The notes: generated by a model not told the origin, from the letters alone. A stretch of 64,000 nt of DNA from Octopus sinensis (GCF_006345805.1 NC_043002.1:111848001-111912000); one strand, 5' to 3'; positions 35,150-47,983 are shown, counted from the first letter of the stretch. Made by a program: numbers and translations.

Positions 35150-37470
35150 AAAGAATCCACAAAAGAGTGGAAACTGTTACTTATGGAAGATTCACGTAGG
35201 CCAGGATTCGCCCACCTTCCCTCGCGACTACAATAACCAGCCTTTAAACATAGGTCTAAATGTCAGCAAATATCGTACACTGCACAAGTGCGTGAAGAAC
35301 AATTTTGTCTTTGTATGCGCCTCTCAGACAGGTCTTGCTGACGTTACATCCGTTTCGGAGAGATGTATATCATGGAAATGATGAAGCGTGAGCAACATTG
35401 CCAAGGCAGGAATTTCTAGATGTTCATACCTCTGGGCCGAGAGTGTTCCGTATTAGATAACTGAGTTGATCTCAAGAACATCATTGTTCTCCAGGACCAC
35501 TCAATAGAATGATAACATTGACGTTCTATTGTACACATTGCCAGAGTGATACAGAACCGAGAGCGCCCGATACTTTCTAGATATCAGACGATAATCTTGG
35601 TCTACACTTGATCGATGACTGCAGATGCGTTAGATAAAAGTGCTACGGGAGAGCGTACTTTACAAGCAATAACTATTTTGTCTCGTAACTAGGAATCTCC
35701 AGAGATCTGACGATCTTTGTGCGTGGTTGAGCCTCATTAGCTTCGGCACACTGAGCTTTAGCGCTATCAGTACAAGTGAAAGAGTAGACGTTCTAACCTG
35801 AACAGGTGCAACCTGGGACAAGGCATGATGGTAAGGCATTAAAATATTAGTACGTTTAGTCCTAATCCCATCTATTTTTTAAAAAATACATTCCTGTGTA
35901 TCCATTGCTGGATGAGATTGGTCGTCCTTCTTGTAACGTTCGTCCTTCGGGTTCGAAGATGACCATTGACATCATTTGGTGGAATTGCTGCTATGAGATG
36001 GTGTGATGTTGGTGTCATGATGTCATGACGTGCACGTGACTTGGATTATAGTGAGGTTGACTTGCGCATGATCAGCCTCACTCTCTCGTCCTGGTGCGCC
36101 GGATCCATCGGCAAGACAAAGTCAAGACGGCTGGGGGTAGACCAGGATGCAGGAGCTGCGGGAAGGTGGCACGCATGGCGCAATCCAACCGCCTTAGGGG
36201 CTCCACTCCAGATTTTGGATGGCCATTGACTCATGAGAGAGTTCCTTGGTGGGGTTGCCAGTTTAGTCGCCAACGACCCGACCATGTTACAAGTTGTACT
36301 GGGTTACATGTTACCAGTAGCTCCAAGCGGAGACCTTGTAACCCCTGCCTCATATCCTATTCACCCGTAGATTGAGACTGAACCAGACACTCGAAGAATT
36401 TTAACAAGGCTGTCATTTCATTCACACATAGAAATACCGATAACTGGCACAGACTCGCTTCTCTAAGTCCGAATTACCAACCCTCTGACATCCTGGTTAA
36501 TGAGCGCTTCTGTTACGACTGCATATTCCTTCAGCATGGTGTCAACCACCTCGATTTCCATATGACAGACATTTGGAGAAACGTGGGAGAAAGCCCTTCT
36601 GCATCCCAGCTTGAGTGAGATTACTCTTAGCATCTCCATCTTCTGTAGTAGTCACTCAAGAATGTACAGGAACTACGGGAGGGAATACTTTTGATGGATC
36701 CATTGCGTGGTACTGAACGGTTCAAAATCGTAGCCATTTACCACTAACACCATAATATACTGCTGTACATAGCAATAATCAAGCTTCTTGACACCGGACC
36801 GAAACCGGTTGCGAGCTTCCCAGCTGCTAGACATCGATGATCAACTCTATCGAAGGTTTATATGGATCCAAGTTGATCAGCGCCTCACCGAAGCTAAATC
36901 AAAACTAAACACTTTCTACGATACATCTCAACAAGGAGGCGGTTGATCTGGATAGATATGTCTGTGATCTTACAAATGTGTGTGAACTCGACGACACAAT
37001 CTGTAACAAGCATCAGCCTCTGCAGAAATTTTGGTTTAACTTAGTGTTGAGCAAAGTTATAGGCTTAAGTTTTCTATAATGATAATTTTCCTAGAGTTCT
37101 TCAACTACAGCACCACACTCCGTTTTATATAACTGGAACTTACCCTAGTCTTTTGCCGGTTCCTATAGACCTTATACCAAGATAAGAACTAACAAGTCCA
37201 GAATACTACAACAAGGTTCACAGGCAAGGCTATTCAATTATGGCACCGTAGTTTTGGCACAGCCATGCATAACATCCCCAATTCCAGTATACCTAACCGA
37301 ATTCTCGTAATTCACAGAACATTGAGATAGACATCGAAACCCACCGTTCCTTTCTGTGACTCCTCCAGAATTTCTGCAAAGTTTTACTGAAAAGTTGTGC
37401 ATAACAACACGGAATGAGATATCACATGCTCATCACACGAACTGCCACAGATCATATCATAGCTCAGACA
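35150..37470 (-). pseudogene. L1/Tx1-clade LINE ORF2 relic (RT + C-terminal zinc finger)
   Basis: Hand translation on the - strand gives KPITLLNT, GEALINLD..(frameshift)FDRVDH, LATGFGP, VNGYDFEPF...(QG equivalent), EVVDTMLKEYAVVTEALIN and a decayed Zn finger KTCLRG...VLHALVQC. Confidence 0.85.
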
Positions 37471-38500
37471 GACAAAAGGCAGTAAGTAATTTAGTATTTT
37501 AAATTACACGCTTTATTTCGTACAACACAGCTTTCGTATTTAGCGTGGAAGAATTTGTCAAATACCATTATGCTAGCGGCCGCTTGTGTTATGAATTCCC
37601 TTTTAACACTGACTACTCTGCTATTATTGCCATTGTTTACGCTGTTAATTTTGTCACAAGAGTTTTCAGACCAATAACTTTATTTTCTGTTTCCGTTTTT
37701 GTTTATTTTTTAAATTTCTTTTTTCAATGTCGGGTAGCGTTATTTATATTCCTCCAATATAAACAAGGCTGCCATTACCATTGTGAGACTCACGGCCAAA
37801 TCGTACTTCGAGGATTCTACGATTTTATATTTTTTAATTCTATCCCAACGAGAAAATAGAAAAATATCAAATGAAACAAATTCAAATACAATCAAATAAA
37901 ACAAATACAACTTAATCCACCTTAAACAGAGCGAAACAAATACGAAATTAAACACAAATACCGTTTAAAACAGTTTGAGGTAAAATGAAGAGAAAAATAG
38001 CCTCTATACATAAAATCCAGAATCAGAAAGAAAATCGCCTTATTTCACTGGTCATACAAAGAACAACAACAATCTTTTCTTTATTAGCCAGAAAGGTTTT
38101 AAAAAATACGAAAACGCGACGAACGTAAAAACATGGCAAAAATTGTTTTAAAAATGTTTCGCAAACACGAATGGATCCGGACAATAGTCATTTAATTAAA
38201 ATAGGAAGCAAATAAAACTCTATAAAGCAAGATAATTTTATAAATAAACGGAATAAATAAAATAAATGAAAAATAAAACACAAAAAAGCAAGTGAAAAAA
38301 AATTGGTTCTCGTTCCCAAACCGCTCGCCACCTGTCGACCTATTGTTCCTTTTCGTTTTCTTTGCTAGCTTTTCAGGTTCTTCACGATACAAAAAGTCAA
38401 GTGGTTCTCACAACTAGACGTGTAGCAACTTGTTTTTTTTTTGCCCTGCACCATGCCCTTTGTCCCGACGTCCTTAAGTGAGCACGTCTCCGGGATAGAC

Positions 38501-38928
38501 TTACTCTTTTACTCTTTACTCTTTTACTTGTTTCAGTCATTTGACTGCGGCCATGCTGGAGCACCGCCTTTAGTCGAGCAAATCGACCCCGGGACTTATT
38601 CTTTGTAAGCCCAGTACTTATTCTATCGGTCTCTTTTGCCGAACCGCTAAGTGACGGGGACGTAAATACACCAGCATCGGTTGTCAAGCAATGCTAGGGG
38701 AACAAACAAAGACACACAAACACATACACACACATACATATATATATATATATACATATATATACGACGAGCTTCTTTCAGTTTCCGTCTACCAAATCAA
38801 CTCACAAGGCATTGGTCGGCCCGGGACTATAGCAGAAGACACTTGCCCAAGATGCCACGCAGTGGGACTGAACCCGGAACCATGTGGTTGGTTAGCAAGC
38901 TACTTACCACACAGCCACTCCTGCACCT
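38501..38928 (-). mobile_element. SINE family B
   Basis: Full length with (TAAAAGAG)n tail. Confidence 0.92.
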
Positions 38929-39414
38929 ATATAGTTTTTTTTTTTTTTTGTTTTTGGTGGGGATGTCATTAGGACATACAAATTTATTTCGACCTCCCCG
39001 GACTATATGTCGCCTCTTCTCCTTTCTGCTTTAACAATTCGCCCATACATCGTTTCCAGACTCCTTTATCATAACATGTTTACGTCCCCGCGAAAGTGGA
39101 TAAGCATAAAATTTTAAAATGAAATACTGCGGTTGATTTGTTCGACTAAAACCTTTAAGATGATAAAAAGCATAGCCGCAAGTCCAATGACTGGAACCAA
39201 TGAAAGACAAAAAAAAAAAAAATGAAAATAAGGACATGAAATTTCTTTGACGTTTACCAATAAATTGTTTCCCTTTTGTTTTGCTGTCTATAACCCTTTC
39301 GACTGCCATCTTTTATAAGCTTTCATCAGTTTTTCATTCACCTGACATCGCCCGAGTTACTTAACCTCAACAAGCTTTTCACCAGCGTTATCCTTTTGCA
39401 TTATATCTCTTTCT

Positions 39415-39826
39415 CTTTCCCTTTAACTTGTTTCAGTCATTTGACTGCGGCCATGCTGGAGCACCGCCTTTTTAGTCGAGCAAATCGACCCCAGGACTTA
39501 TTCTTTGTAAGCCTAGTATTTATCCTATCGGTCTCTTTTGCCGAACCACTAAGTAACGGGGACGTAAACACACCAGCATCGGTTGTCAAGCGATGTTGGG
39601 GAGACAAACACAGACACACAAACACACACACACACACATATATATACATATATATATACATATATACGACGGGCTTCTTTCAGTTTCCGTCTACCAAATC
39701 TACTCAGAAGGCTTTGGTCGGCCCGAGGCTATAGTAGAAGACACTTGCTCAAGATGCCACGCAGTGGGACTGAACCCGGAACTGTGTGGCTGGTAAGCAA
39801 GCTACTTACCACACAGCCACTCCTGC
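39415..39826 (-). mobile_element. SINE family B
   Basis: Full length. Confidence 0.9.
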
Positions 39827-40104
39827 TTTTTATAAACATTTCATTAGTGCTTTCTCTTGACTCTACATTTCTCTTGAATTTCTTCTCAACTCAAACTCGT
39901 ACCTGCCATCTCATCCACCTTTCCCCACCTTTTCCTCACAATACGTTTACACGTACACACCATCCTCTCACGCATCTACAATCCCACACCGCTGTACCCC
40001 ATACATGCACACCTAAAGACACTCCTGGGAGACAGTAAAGCCCCGAAATCCACACATGCATACACACACACACACGCACCCTTATGTCCTTCTCAATGCA
40101 CGGT

Positions 40105-40387
40105 CTATTTTGCCGAACCGCTAAGTTATGGCGACGTAAACACACCAGCATCGGTTGTCAAGCGATGTTGGGGGGGGGGACAAACACAGACACACAAACA
40201 TATATACACACATATATACATATATATACATATATACGACAGGCTTCTTTCAGTTTCCGTCTACCAAATCCACTCACAAGGCTTTGGTCGGCCCGAGGTT
40301 ATATAGTAGAAGACATTTGCCCAAGGTGCCACACAGTGGGACTGAACCCGGAACCATGTGGTTCGCAGGCTAGCTACTTACACACTG
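40105..40387 (-). mobile_element. SINE family B (subfamily variant), lacking the 3' tail
   Basis: Shares the diagnostic GGTTCGCAGGCTAGC and GGTTATATAG with 42516-42943. Confidence 0.85.
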
Positions 40388-40769
40388 TCCTACTCGTCCC
40401 CTTTGAACAGAAATGCATCTTTGCCTTTTCCCTTCTTTTCTCCAGACACTCTTCATCAGAACAAAGATAAAGAAGGAAAAACGATAAAAAAGAAAATGAC
40501 TCGCCTCCGAAACGTCAAGACTCCCCCAGGACTCCCCATAACATTTCTAAAAACGTGTATCTTCTGCGTTATCCTCTTTTTCTGCTTATTGCCTTCTTCA
40601 GCCTGCTTAATAGATATATGTATATACATACATACACACATACACGCACATACATACGCACACACTATATATGTATGTGTGTGTGTTTGTGTGTGCATCA
40701 CTTTTGTGCCTTTAAAGAATACTCTTGAACCTACATTCTCACGGATGTAAAAAACAACCAGTCATTATT

Positions 40770-41263
40770 TTAGTAAGGTACATACATATATATACATATA
40801 CATATATATATATATGTGTATGTATGTATGTATGTATGTATGTATGTATGTATGTATGTATGTATGTATGTATGTATGTATGTGTGTATGTATGTATGTG
40901 TGTATGTATGTATGTGTGTATGTATGTATGCATGCATGCATGTATGTATACATGTATGTCCATTACACAGAACATGTTACAAACATTACGCTAGACTGCA
41001 GATAGAAAATTACATGCGGAAAGGAACATTGGAAGAAACTAAATATAAAAACGAGAAAAGCGTAATATACGAATCTAGCATTTTTTTATTTGCATGCCTA
41101 CGTACGTACGCACGTATATACATACACACGCACATACATACATACGTACATACATACATGCATACATATAATATATATGTGTGCTTGTTTTATATACACA
41201 TATATATATATAGCATATATATGTGTGTGAGTGTGTGTCTATATATATATGTATATATATTTG

Positions 41264-41299
<36 letters not shown>

Positions 41300-41319
41300 G
41301 TGTATAATATATATATATT

Positions 41320-41377
<58 letters not shown>

Positions 41378-41383
41378 CATATA

Positions 41384-41422
<39 letters not shown>

Positions 41423-41525
41423 CACAAATTATATAATATATATATACACACACACTCACACACATATATATGTTATATATATATGTGTATATAAAAACAC
41501 ACACGTATATATATATATATATATC
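40770..41525. repeat. (TATG)n/(TA)n/(TG)n microsatellite complex
   Basis: Directly visible. Confidence 0.95.
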
Positions 41526-41749
41526 TGTCAAGCTATATCAACTGTTATTATGTAAATCTTACTCAATTTGTCATGGAAAGTATCTTCAAAACAGCATTTA
41601 TGTATAGTACATTGCTGTTAAAGCTATCAGAGTTAAGTAAACATCCGTCGCCTCATAACCTAAGTAAGTTAATTGAAATTAACAACTTCATATTGCCCAA
41701 ATGTTTAAAGGCAACGTTAGCTTTTCACTAAAATAGTACTAAGTAAATA

Positions 41750-42145
41750 GTGGAGGCGCAATGGCCCAGTGGTTAGGGCAGTGGACTCGCGTTCATAGGA
41801 CCGCGGTTTCGATTCCCAGACCGGGCGTTGTGAGTGTTTATTGAGCGAAAACACCTAAAAAGCTCCACGAGGCTCCGGCAGGGGATGGTGGTGATCCCTG
41901 CTGTACTCTTTCACCACAACTTTCTCTCACTCTTACTTCCTGTTTCTGTTGTACCTGTATTTCAAAGGGCCGGCCTTGTCACTCTCTGTGTCACGCTGAA
42001 TATCCCCGAGAACTACGTTAAGAGTACACGTGTCTGTGGAGTGCTCAGCCACTTACACGTTAATTTCACGAGCAGGCTGTTCCGTTGATTCGGATCAACC
42101 GGAACCCTCGTCGTCGTAACCGACGGAGTGCTTCCATTCCATTCC
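41750..42145 (+). mobile_element. SINE family A, full length
   Basis: TSD ACTAAGTAAATA at 41738-41749 and 42146-42157; tail (TTCCA)n. Confidence 0.93.
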
Positions 42146-42515
42146 ACTAAGTAAATATTTCATCCAGATATAGTTAAAGAATATGCAGTGTTATGAAAAG
42201 AACTGTGTGAAATATTATTTCTGGGGAAAAAAATTAAAATGAGATTCATAGTTTTGATTATAAAAACTATGTTAATTAGTTAAATTAGGACTCTTTTACT
42301 GGTTTCAGCCAGTGGTTGTGGTCGCGGTTGGTTATATTTGAAATTACTTTTATATCGAATTTAAATTTTCTATCCAATATTGGTATTGGTAATAGAAATC
42401 CCATCAACCAATCATAAATATCCGGTTTTGTCATGGCAATAGTGACAACGCTGTCGGAAGAAACATTTCAAGGGATTATCATTTGAAAACACCGGTTTAT
42501 TGGTTTTCTCTAATA

Positions 42516-42943
42516 TACTCTTTACTCTTTACTCCTTTACTCTTTTACTTGTTTCAGTCATTCGACTGTGGCCATGCTGGAGCACCGCTTTAGTCGAGCA
42601 AATCGACCCCAGGACTTATTCTTTGTAAACCTTGTACTTATTCTATCGGTCTACTTTGCCGAACCGCTAAGTTACGGCGACGTAAACACACCAGCATCGG
42701 TTGTCAAGCGATGTTGGTTGGGGGGGGGGGACAAACACAGACACACAAACATATATACACACATATATACATATATACGACAGGCTTCTTTCAGTTTCCG
42801 TCTACCAAATCCACTCACAAAGCTTTGGTCGGCTCGAGGTTATATAGTAGAAGACATTTGCCCAAGGTGCCACGCAGTGGGACTGAACCCGGAACCATGT
42901 GGTTCGCAGGCTAGCTACTTACCACGCAGCCACTCCTGCGCCT
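42516..42943 (-). mobile_element. SINE family B (subfamily variant)
   Basis: Full length. Confidence 0.9.
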
Positions 42944-43069
42944 GCTGACATATTTCAATGATATACATCAACGAAAGATAACCAAAGATACACACACATA
43001 TATGCCGTAATTACATATATACATATTAGGAATGGCTACTTCTACACACACACACACACAACATTTGTG

Positions 43070-43162
<93 letters not shown>

Positions 43163-43352
43163 AGTAGGTGAATGAATTATTCTAGTATTGATAATTCGGT
43201 TAACCGATACCTGGGTAGCAAATTCACGTCAGAAAATACGGTTGAAGCTACATGCCAAGGGTAGAAACTCCGTGTTCTTGTGGTAATTTGTGTAATATTT
43301 AAAATGAATAAAAGAATGGAGTCGAATGAGGATTTTAACACAATTCCTTTAA

Positions 43353-43431
43353 TTTCAACACATGTTTCGAAGACTGCATATTCTTAATTCTGAAGGAATA
43401 AGGTGCATTATGCCGTCTTCTCATCAGGAAA
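43353..43431 (-). ncRNA. Type I hammerhead ribozyme motif
   Basis: Reverse complement of the right-arm motif; TCATCAG at 43421-43427 and GTTTC at 43364-43368. Confidence 0.85.
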
Positions 43432-43632
43432 GTCAAGGAAAATCAATCAGCCTCAAGACGGACAAAAACCTTTCTATGGCTTGCTACATATTGACCACAG
43501 TGATAATGAGTGATTTTTAAAATCCGTTAAAAGCAATGACGTCAAAAATATTTGGAAGAGGAATTTATGAAAATATGTAGCAAGCCATAGAAAAGTTTTT
43601 GTCCGTCTTGAGGCTGATTGATTTTCCTTGAC

Positions 43633-43711
43633 TTTCCTGATGAGAAGACGGCATAATGCACCTTATTCCTTCAGAATTAAGAATATGCAGTCTTCGAAAC
43701 ATGTGTTGAAA
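43633..43711 (+). ncRNA. Type I hammerhead ribozyme motif
   Basis: Stem I TTTC/GAAA; CTGATGA 43637-43643; stem II GAAGAC/GTCTTC (extended by GCATA/TATGC); GAAAC 43696-43700; palindromic ACATGT stem III; GTT triplet 43705-43707. Confidence 0.85.
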
Positions 43712-43769
43712 TTAAAGGAATTGTGTTAAAATCATCCTCGTCGACTCCATTCTTTTATTCATTTTAAAT

Positions 43770-43815
<46 letters not shown>

Positions 43816-43819
43816 ATAT

Positions 43820-43871
<52 letters not shown>

Positions 43872-43872
<1 letters not shown>

Positions 43873-44085
43873 CAGTAGAGTGATAAGTGCACATGCCCGG
43901 TAAATCTTCATTTTTATGGTTTTGATCAGCTTATTGTTGTCCCATGCCCGTTTGGAGAGTTGGGCCGTCACAGCAGCTGCCTTGCCAATGCGTATATTGA
44001 GCTCAGCATCAAGGGATAGGTTGTAGGTGACGGTAGAGCCAAGATAGGTAAACTTCTCCACCTCCTGTAGTCTGTGGTCTCCGAT
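43872..44085 (-). pseudogene. RTE/BovB-like RT fragment
   Basis: EKFTYLGSTVTYNLSLDAELNIRIGKAAAV.AQLSKRAWDNNKL..KMKIYRAC..TLLY. Confidence 0.85.
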
Positions 44086-44936
44086 ATATATATATAATCG
44101 ACTAGATATTCCAAGTATTCCATCGGATCATAATGTAATCCTTGTACTGTTCTTTGTGCATCCCGATGATTTTCCATCCAAGGTATTTTAAAATGCAAGA
44201 TTATATATTCATAAACGTTTTGCAGTTTTAATTCTGGTTGTGAAATGAAACAATTGTAGGTGAATATGTTAATTAATTAATAACTTAATTTGTATCCATT
44301 AGATCTCTCTGTTTTAAAACTTAATAATAATATCTGATATTTTACGATATTTTATATAGTATATTCATTAAAGAAATGTCTCTTCAAAATACAATATATT
44401 AAACCAGTGTATCTTTGATAAAATATCCCTATAAGATGTCTATATATATATATATATATTCTTATTCAGGAATTCCTCACAGCGACATACCACCAATCGT
44501 CTCCTCAGCGATTCAACGATTTTATAAAGTCAGTTTATTTGTAATCAACTGTGTGTGTGTGTGTGTCTGTGTGTGCGTGCGTGCGTGCGTATGTGTGTTT
44601 TAAATGGTAACTTGTATGGTTAGAGATTTGCTTTGAAATTGGGGAAAGTAATGCTTAAAAAGAATGGTGAGCAGATGACAAATTATTTATTTTTAATTTA
44701 TAAAAACACATGCTAACCATTCCTTTTTAACTGTTATGTGTTTCCCAATTATTAAGAAAACTGCCCGTCTTCCCTTTTAGAATTCACTTCCTTCAGCTCA
44801 TACACAGACACGCATGTATGTATGTATGTATGTATGTATGTATGTATGTATGTATGTATGTATGTATGTATGTATGTATGTGCGTATGTATGTATATATA
44901 TATATATTATATATATATTATATATATATATATATA

Positions 44937-45204
44937 CCAATTAAGGACTGAACACGAAAAGTGGGCAGTCAACATGCTAGATATAGACGTCAAATCGCCA
45001 TTCTCCACAAGATTATGTTCTCAAATCAGAACACGAAAAGTGGACAGTCAACATGCTAGATATAGACGTCAAATCGCCATTCTCCACAAAGATTATGTTC
45101 TCAAATCAAACTCATTTGAGAACATAATCTTTGTGGAGAATGGCGATTTGACGTCTATATCTAGCATGTTGACTGTCCACTTTTCGTGTTCAGTCCTTAA
45201 TTGG
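44937..45204. mobile_element. Palindromic MITE-like element in a TA context, with a 79-bp tandem duplication in the left arm
   Basis: TA|CCAATTAAGGACTGAACACG ... CGTGTTCAGTCCTTAATTGG|TA; loop CAAACTC at 45107-45113. Confidence 0.85.
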
Positions 45205-45308
45205 TATATATAAATATTTTAATCATCGGATTCTTTTTTAATATGCTAGACCACTGGTTTTAATTGATAAATATCAATTTCTACCCTTAATTAATTATAT
45301 ATATATAT

Positions 45309-45344
<36 letters not shown>

Positions 45345-45346
<2 letters not shown>

Positions 45347-45604
45347 ATCACGTGACCGACCAGACCATCAGATATTGCTACACATCGCTGGTCACAATGC
45401 GTTCGAATGACGCCACCCCGCCGACTAAGCGAGCAGGCCAACAGCAGAAAGAGTGAGAGTAAGAGTGGTGAAAGAGTACAGCAAGGATCACCACCCCCTG
45501 CCGGAGCCTCGTGGAGCTTTTTCTGCTCAATAAACACACACAACGCCCGGTCTGGGAATCGAAACCGCGAGTCCGCTGCCCTAACCACTGGGCCATTGCC
45601 TCCA
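45345..45604 (-). mobile_element. SINE family A2
   Basis: A-type tRNA head and first body segment, with a different tail. Confidence 0.85.
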
Positions 45605-45607
45605 CGC

Positions 45608-45643
<36 letters not shown>

Positions 45644-45690
45644 AAGTGTGTATGTATGTATGTATGTATGTATGTACGTATGAATGTATG

Positions 45691-45721
<31 letters not shown>

Positions 45722-45761
45722 TTCTTTGTATGTGCATAATTTGTATATTTTATTAAATTAT

Positions 45762-45799
<38 letters not shown>

Positions 45800-45879
45800 T
45801 CTTTTATGCGTTTCACCCATGCAGTTGCAGTCATGCTGGAGCACCACCCTGAATTTACACTTTTACGTGTGATTCTGCC

Positions 45880-47560
45880 TTGGCTGTTTTCTTCAGCCTG
45901 GTGGAGTTTCACATTACCACTTCTGGATCTGCTTTTAGCCTGGTTGCTGGTCCATTTGCTATATGAAGGAGTTTGACACCGCTGCCCTCCTCATCTGTAT
46001 CTTATACCTGCCGTGGATTCATTCGATATTGTGGAGAGAAGACTGTCTAGTTTCTTTTTGAAGACATCTATGTCCACATTGTGTAGGTTTCTTCATTTTT
46101 GTAGCAGGACATTGAAGAATTGTGGACCCTTGAATTGTGGGCCCTGGTCCTAGATTTAGATGGAATGGGCAGTAGCTTTATACAATACAATGGGATCCAG
46201 TGTTATGAAAACAACTGTGTAAAATATTATTTTTGGGGGAAAAAAATTGAAATGAGATTCATAGTTTTGATTATAAAAACTGTTAATTAGTTAAATTAGG
46301 ACTCTTTTACTGATTTCAGCCAGTGGCTGTGGTCGCGGTTGGTTATATTTTAGGTATTTGTATAACGCTCAATGCTGAAATTAGGTACTAGTCCTTCAAG
46401 AACTTTCCATATGCAGATTATTGCTTATCTGTTGTGTCTTCAATCCAGTGAGTAAAGTCTCAGTATTTTTCAGCCTCTTTCTGTTGCTCATCTGCTGCAC
46501 TGTTACAATCTTTTTAGTGTAGTGACGTTGGACTGCTTCAAGGTCTGCTCCTAGTCTGGCATTTGTGGTGACCATAGCTGAGAGTAGTAGTCCAGGCGAC
46601 TGAGCACTAAAGTCCTCCACAAGGTCAACATGACTTCTTGGTCTCTTGTCTTGAAGAACCTTGGTATCTATCCCACCACTTGTTTGTACTTTGCTGCCAT
46701 CTTGGTGACGGGCATATGAAATGATGCATCATAACACGCACTCTGACTGCCTGTGATTCTGGGATCGCAGTGCCTTCGGGTCCTGTATTGGCAGGCTGAA
46801 GTGCATTTGTGAGCTGATAGTACAGTGCTTGAAATTTTCCAGCATTAAACTGTAGGTTGCTGACTTTTGTATCCTCAGCGTAGCTAGTGACAGTGGCTGT
46901 CTGAGTGATCATGGGTATGTCTAAGAGAGCTAATATAAACATTAATGGCCCCAAGACAGTTCCCTGGGGACGTAACCTAGAATTTGAGTGTCCTGAGAGG
47001 GGGCACCATTGGTTACAACCGCCTGGCTTCTGTTTTTAATGAAGTGATGCAGCTACTCTCCCAACTTACCAAGGTCTCGCAGCTTCTGACATATCGTGCC
47101 ATGACCTACCTTATCGAAGGCCTTTTTGAAGCCAAGATATATCTCATTGACATCTGAATGGTTAAGCAGTTGCTTCAAAATCCAGTCATACTGATCTAGA
47201 GCTATGGAAGCAGCTTCTTCCTGGACAAAAACTATATTGTGTATTGTTCAGTAAATCATTTTCTAGGAACACTATCATTTTTTTTCTGATGATTCGTTCC
47301 ATGATTTTCCTGAGATGTAGAATCAGAGAGATAGGCCTGTAGCTTAGAGCCCCTGCTCTGCTTCCATCTTTGTGGATAGGGCCTATAATGTCTTCTTTAA
47401 GCTTTTTAGGAAGTTTACCACTTGCAAGGAAACCTTGGAAAAATATCTGAAGTGGTTTCGCTAAAGCTTCCTTACATGGCTTTATGAGCATAGCTGGGAA
47501 GTCATCGGGACTACTTGCTGAGCTTGAGCTCATTTCATGTTACATCTGCTTCTTCAATGC
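45880..47560 (-). pseudogene. CR1-type LINE ORF2 (RT) relic
   Basis: SSPDDFPAMLIK, PIHKDGSR..SYRPISL, KAFDKVGH, PQGTVLGPLMF, SYAEDTKV and GPQFFN. Interrupted at 46197-46348. Confidence 0.88.
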
Positions 47561-47597
47561 CGACGCAATCGATGGTTGCTGATGCATATATATATAT

Positions 47598-47652
<55 letters not shown>

Positions 47653-47663
47653 TATATATATTT

Positions 47664-47765
47664 CTGTGTCTGGGGAGAGTCATTCTCTTTTAGTGCCTTA
47701 AATAAGTAAATGAGTGGAAATCAGACCGGTGAGTGTGTTAAATTAATAAGGCACCTAAAGAGAAT

Positions 47766-47805
<40 letters not shown>

Positions 47806-47983
47806 TTATTGTATTTGGTTTGCAAGATTCTTTGTGTGAATTCGTGTGTTGAAGCATATTTTATTGTGTCTGGGGAGAGTCATTCTCTTTAGGTGCCTTA
47901 TTAATTTAACACACTCACCGGTCTGATTTCCACTCATTTACTTATTTAAGGCACTAAAAGAGAATGACTCTCCCCAGACACAG
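47664..47983. repeat. Nested palindromic (fold-back) repeat between (TA)n tracts
   Basis: 47664-47769 is the exact reverse complement of 47878-47983, and each arm is itself a hairpin. Confidence 0.9.

Larger units (their letters stand above)
43295..43771. mobile_element. Inverted pair of PLE-type pseudo-LTR segments
   Basis: Arms 43295-43492 and 43572-43771 are near-identical reverse complements around a 79-bp spacer; each holds a hammerhead. Confidence 0.8.

Noticed and set aside
35150-37470. Endogenous virus or unknown host gene, including ORFs 36041-36375
   Set aside because: Minus-strand translation gives ordered L1/Tx1 RT motifs.
39290-39335. Hammerhead on the - strand (CTGATGA...GAAA)
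   Set aside because: No stem II, stem III or stem I pairing; the same holds for the CTGATGA hits near 11714, 40453 and 63953.
17491-42088. Recurrent near-identical peptides (MVVIPAVLFHHNF..., MTTDAGVFTSP..., RQASFSFRLPN...)
   Set aside because: They are reading frames within SINE A and B copies, not a gene family.
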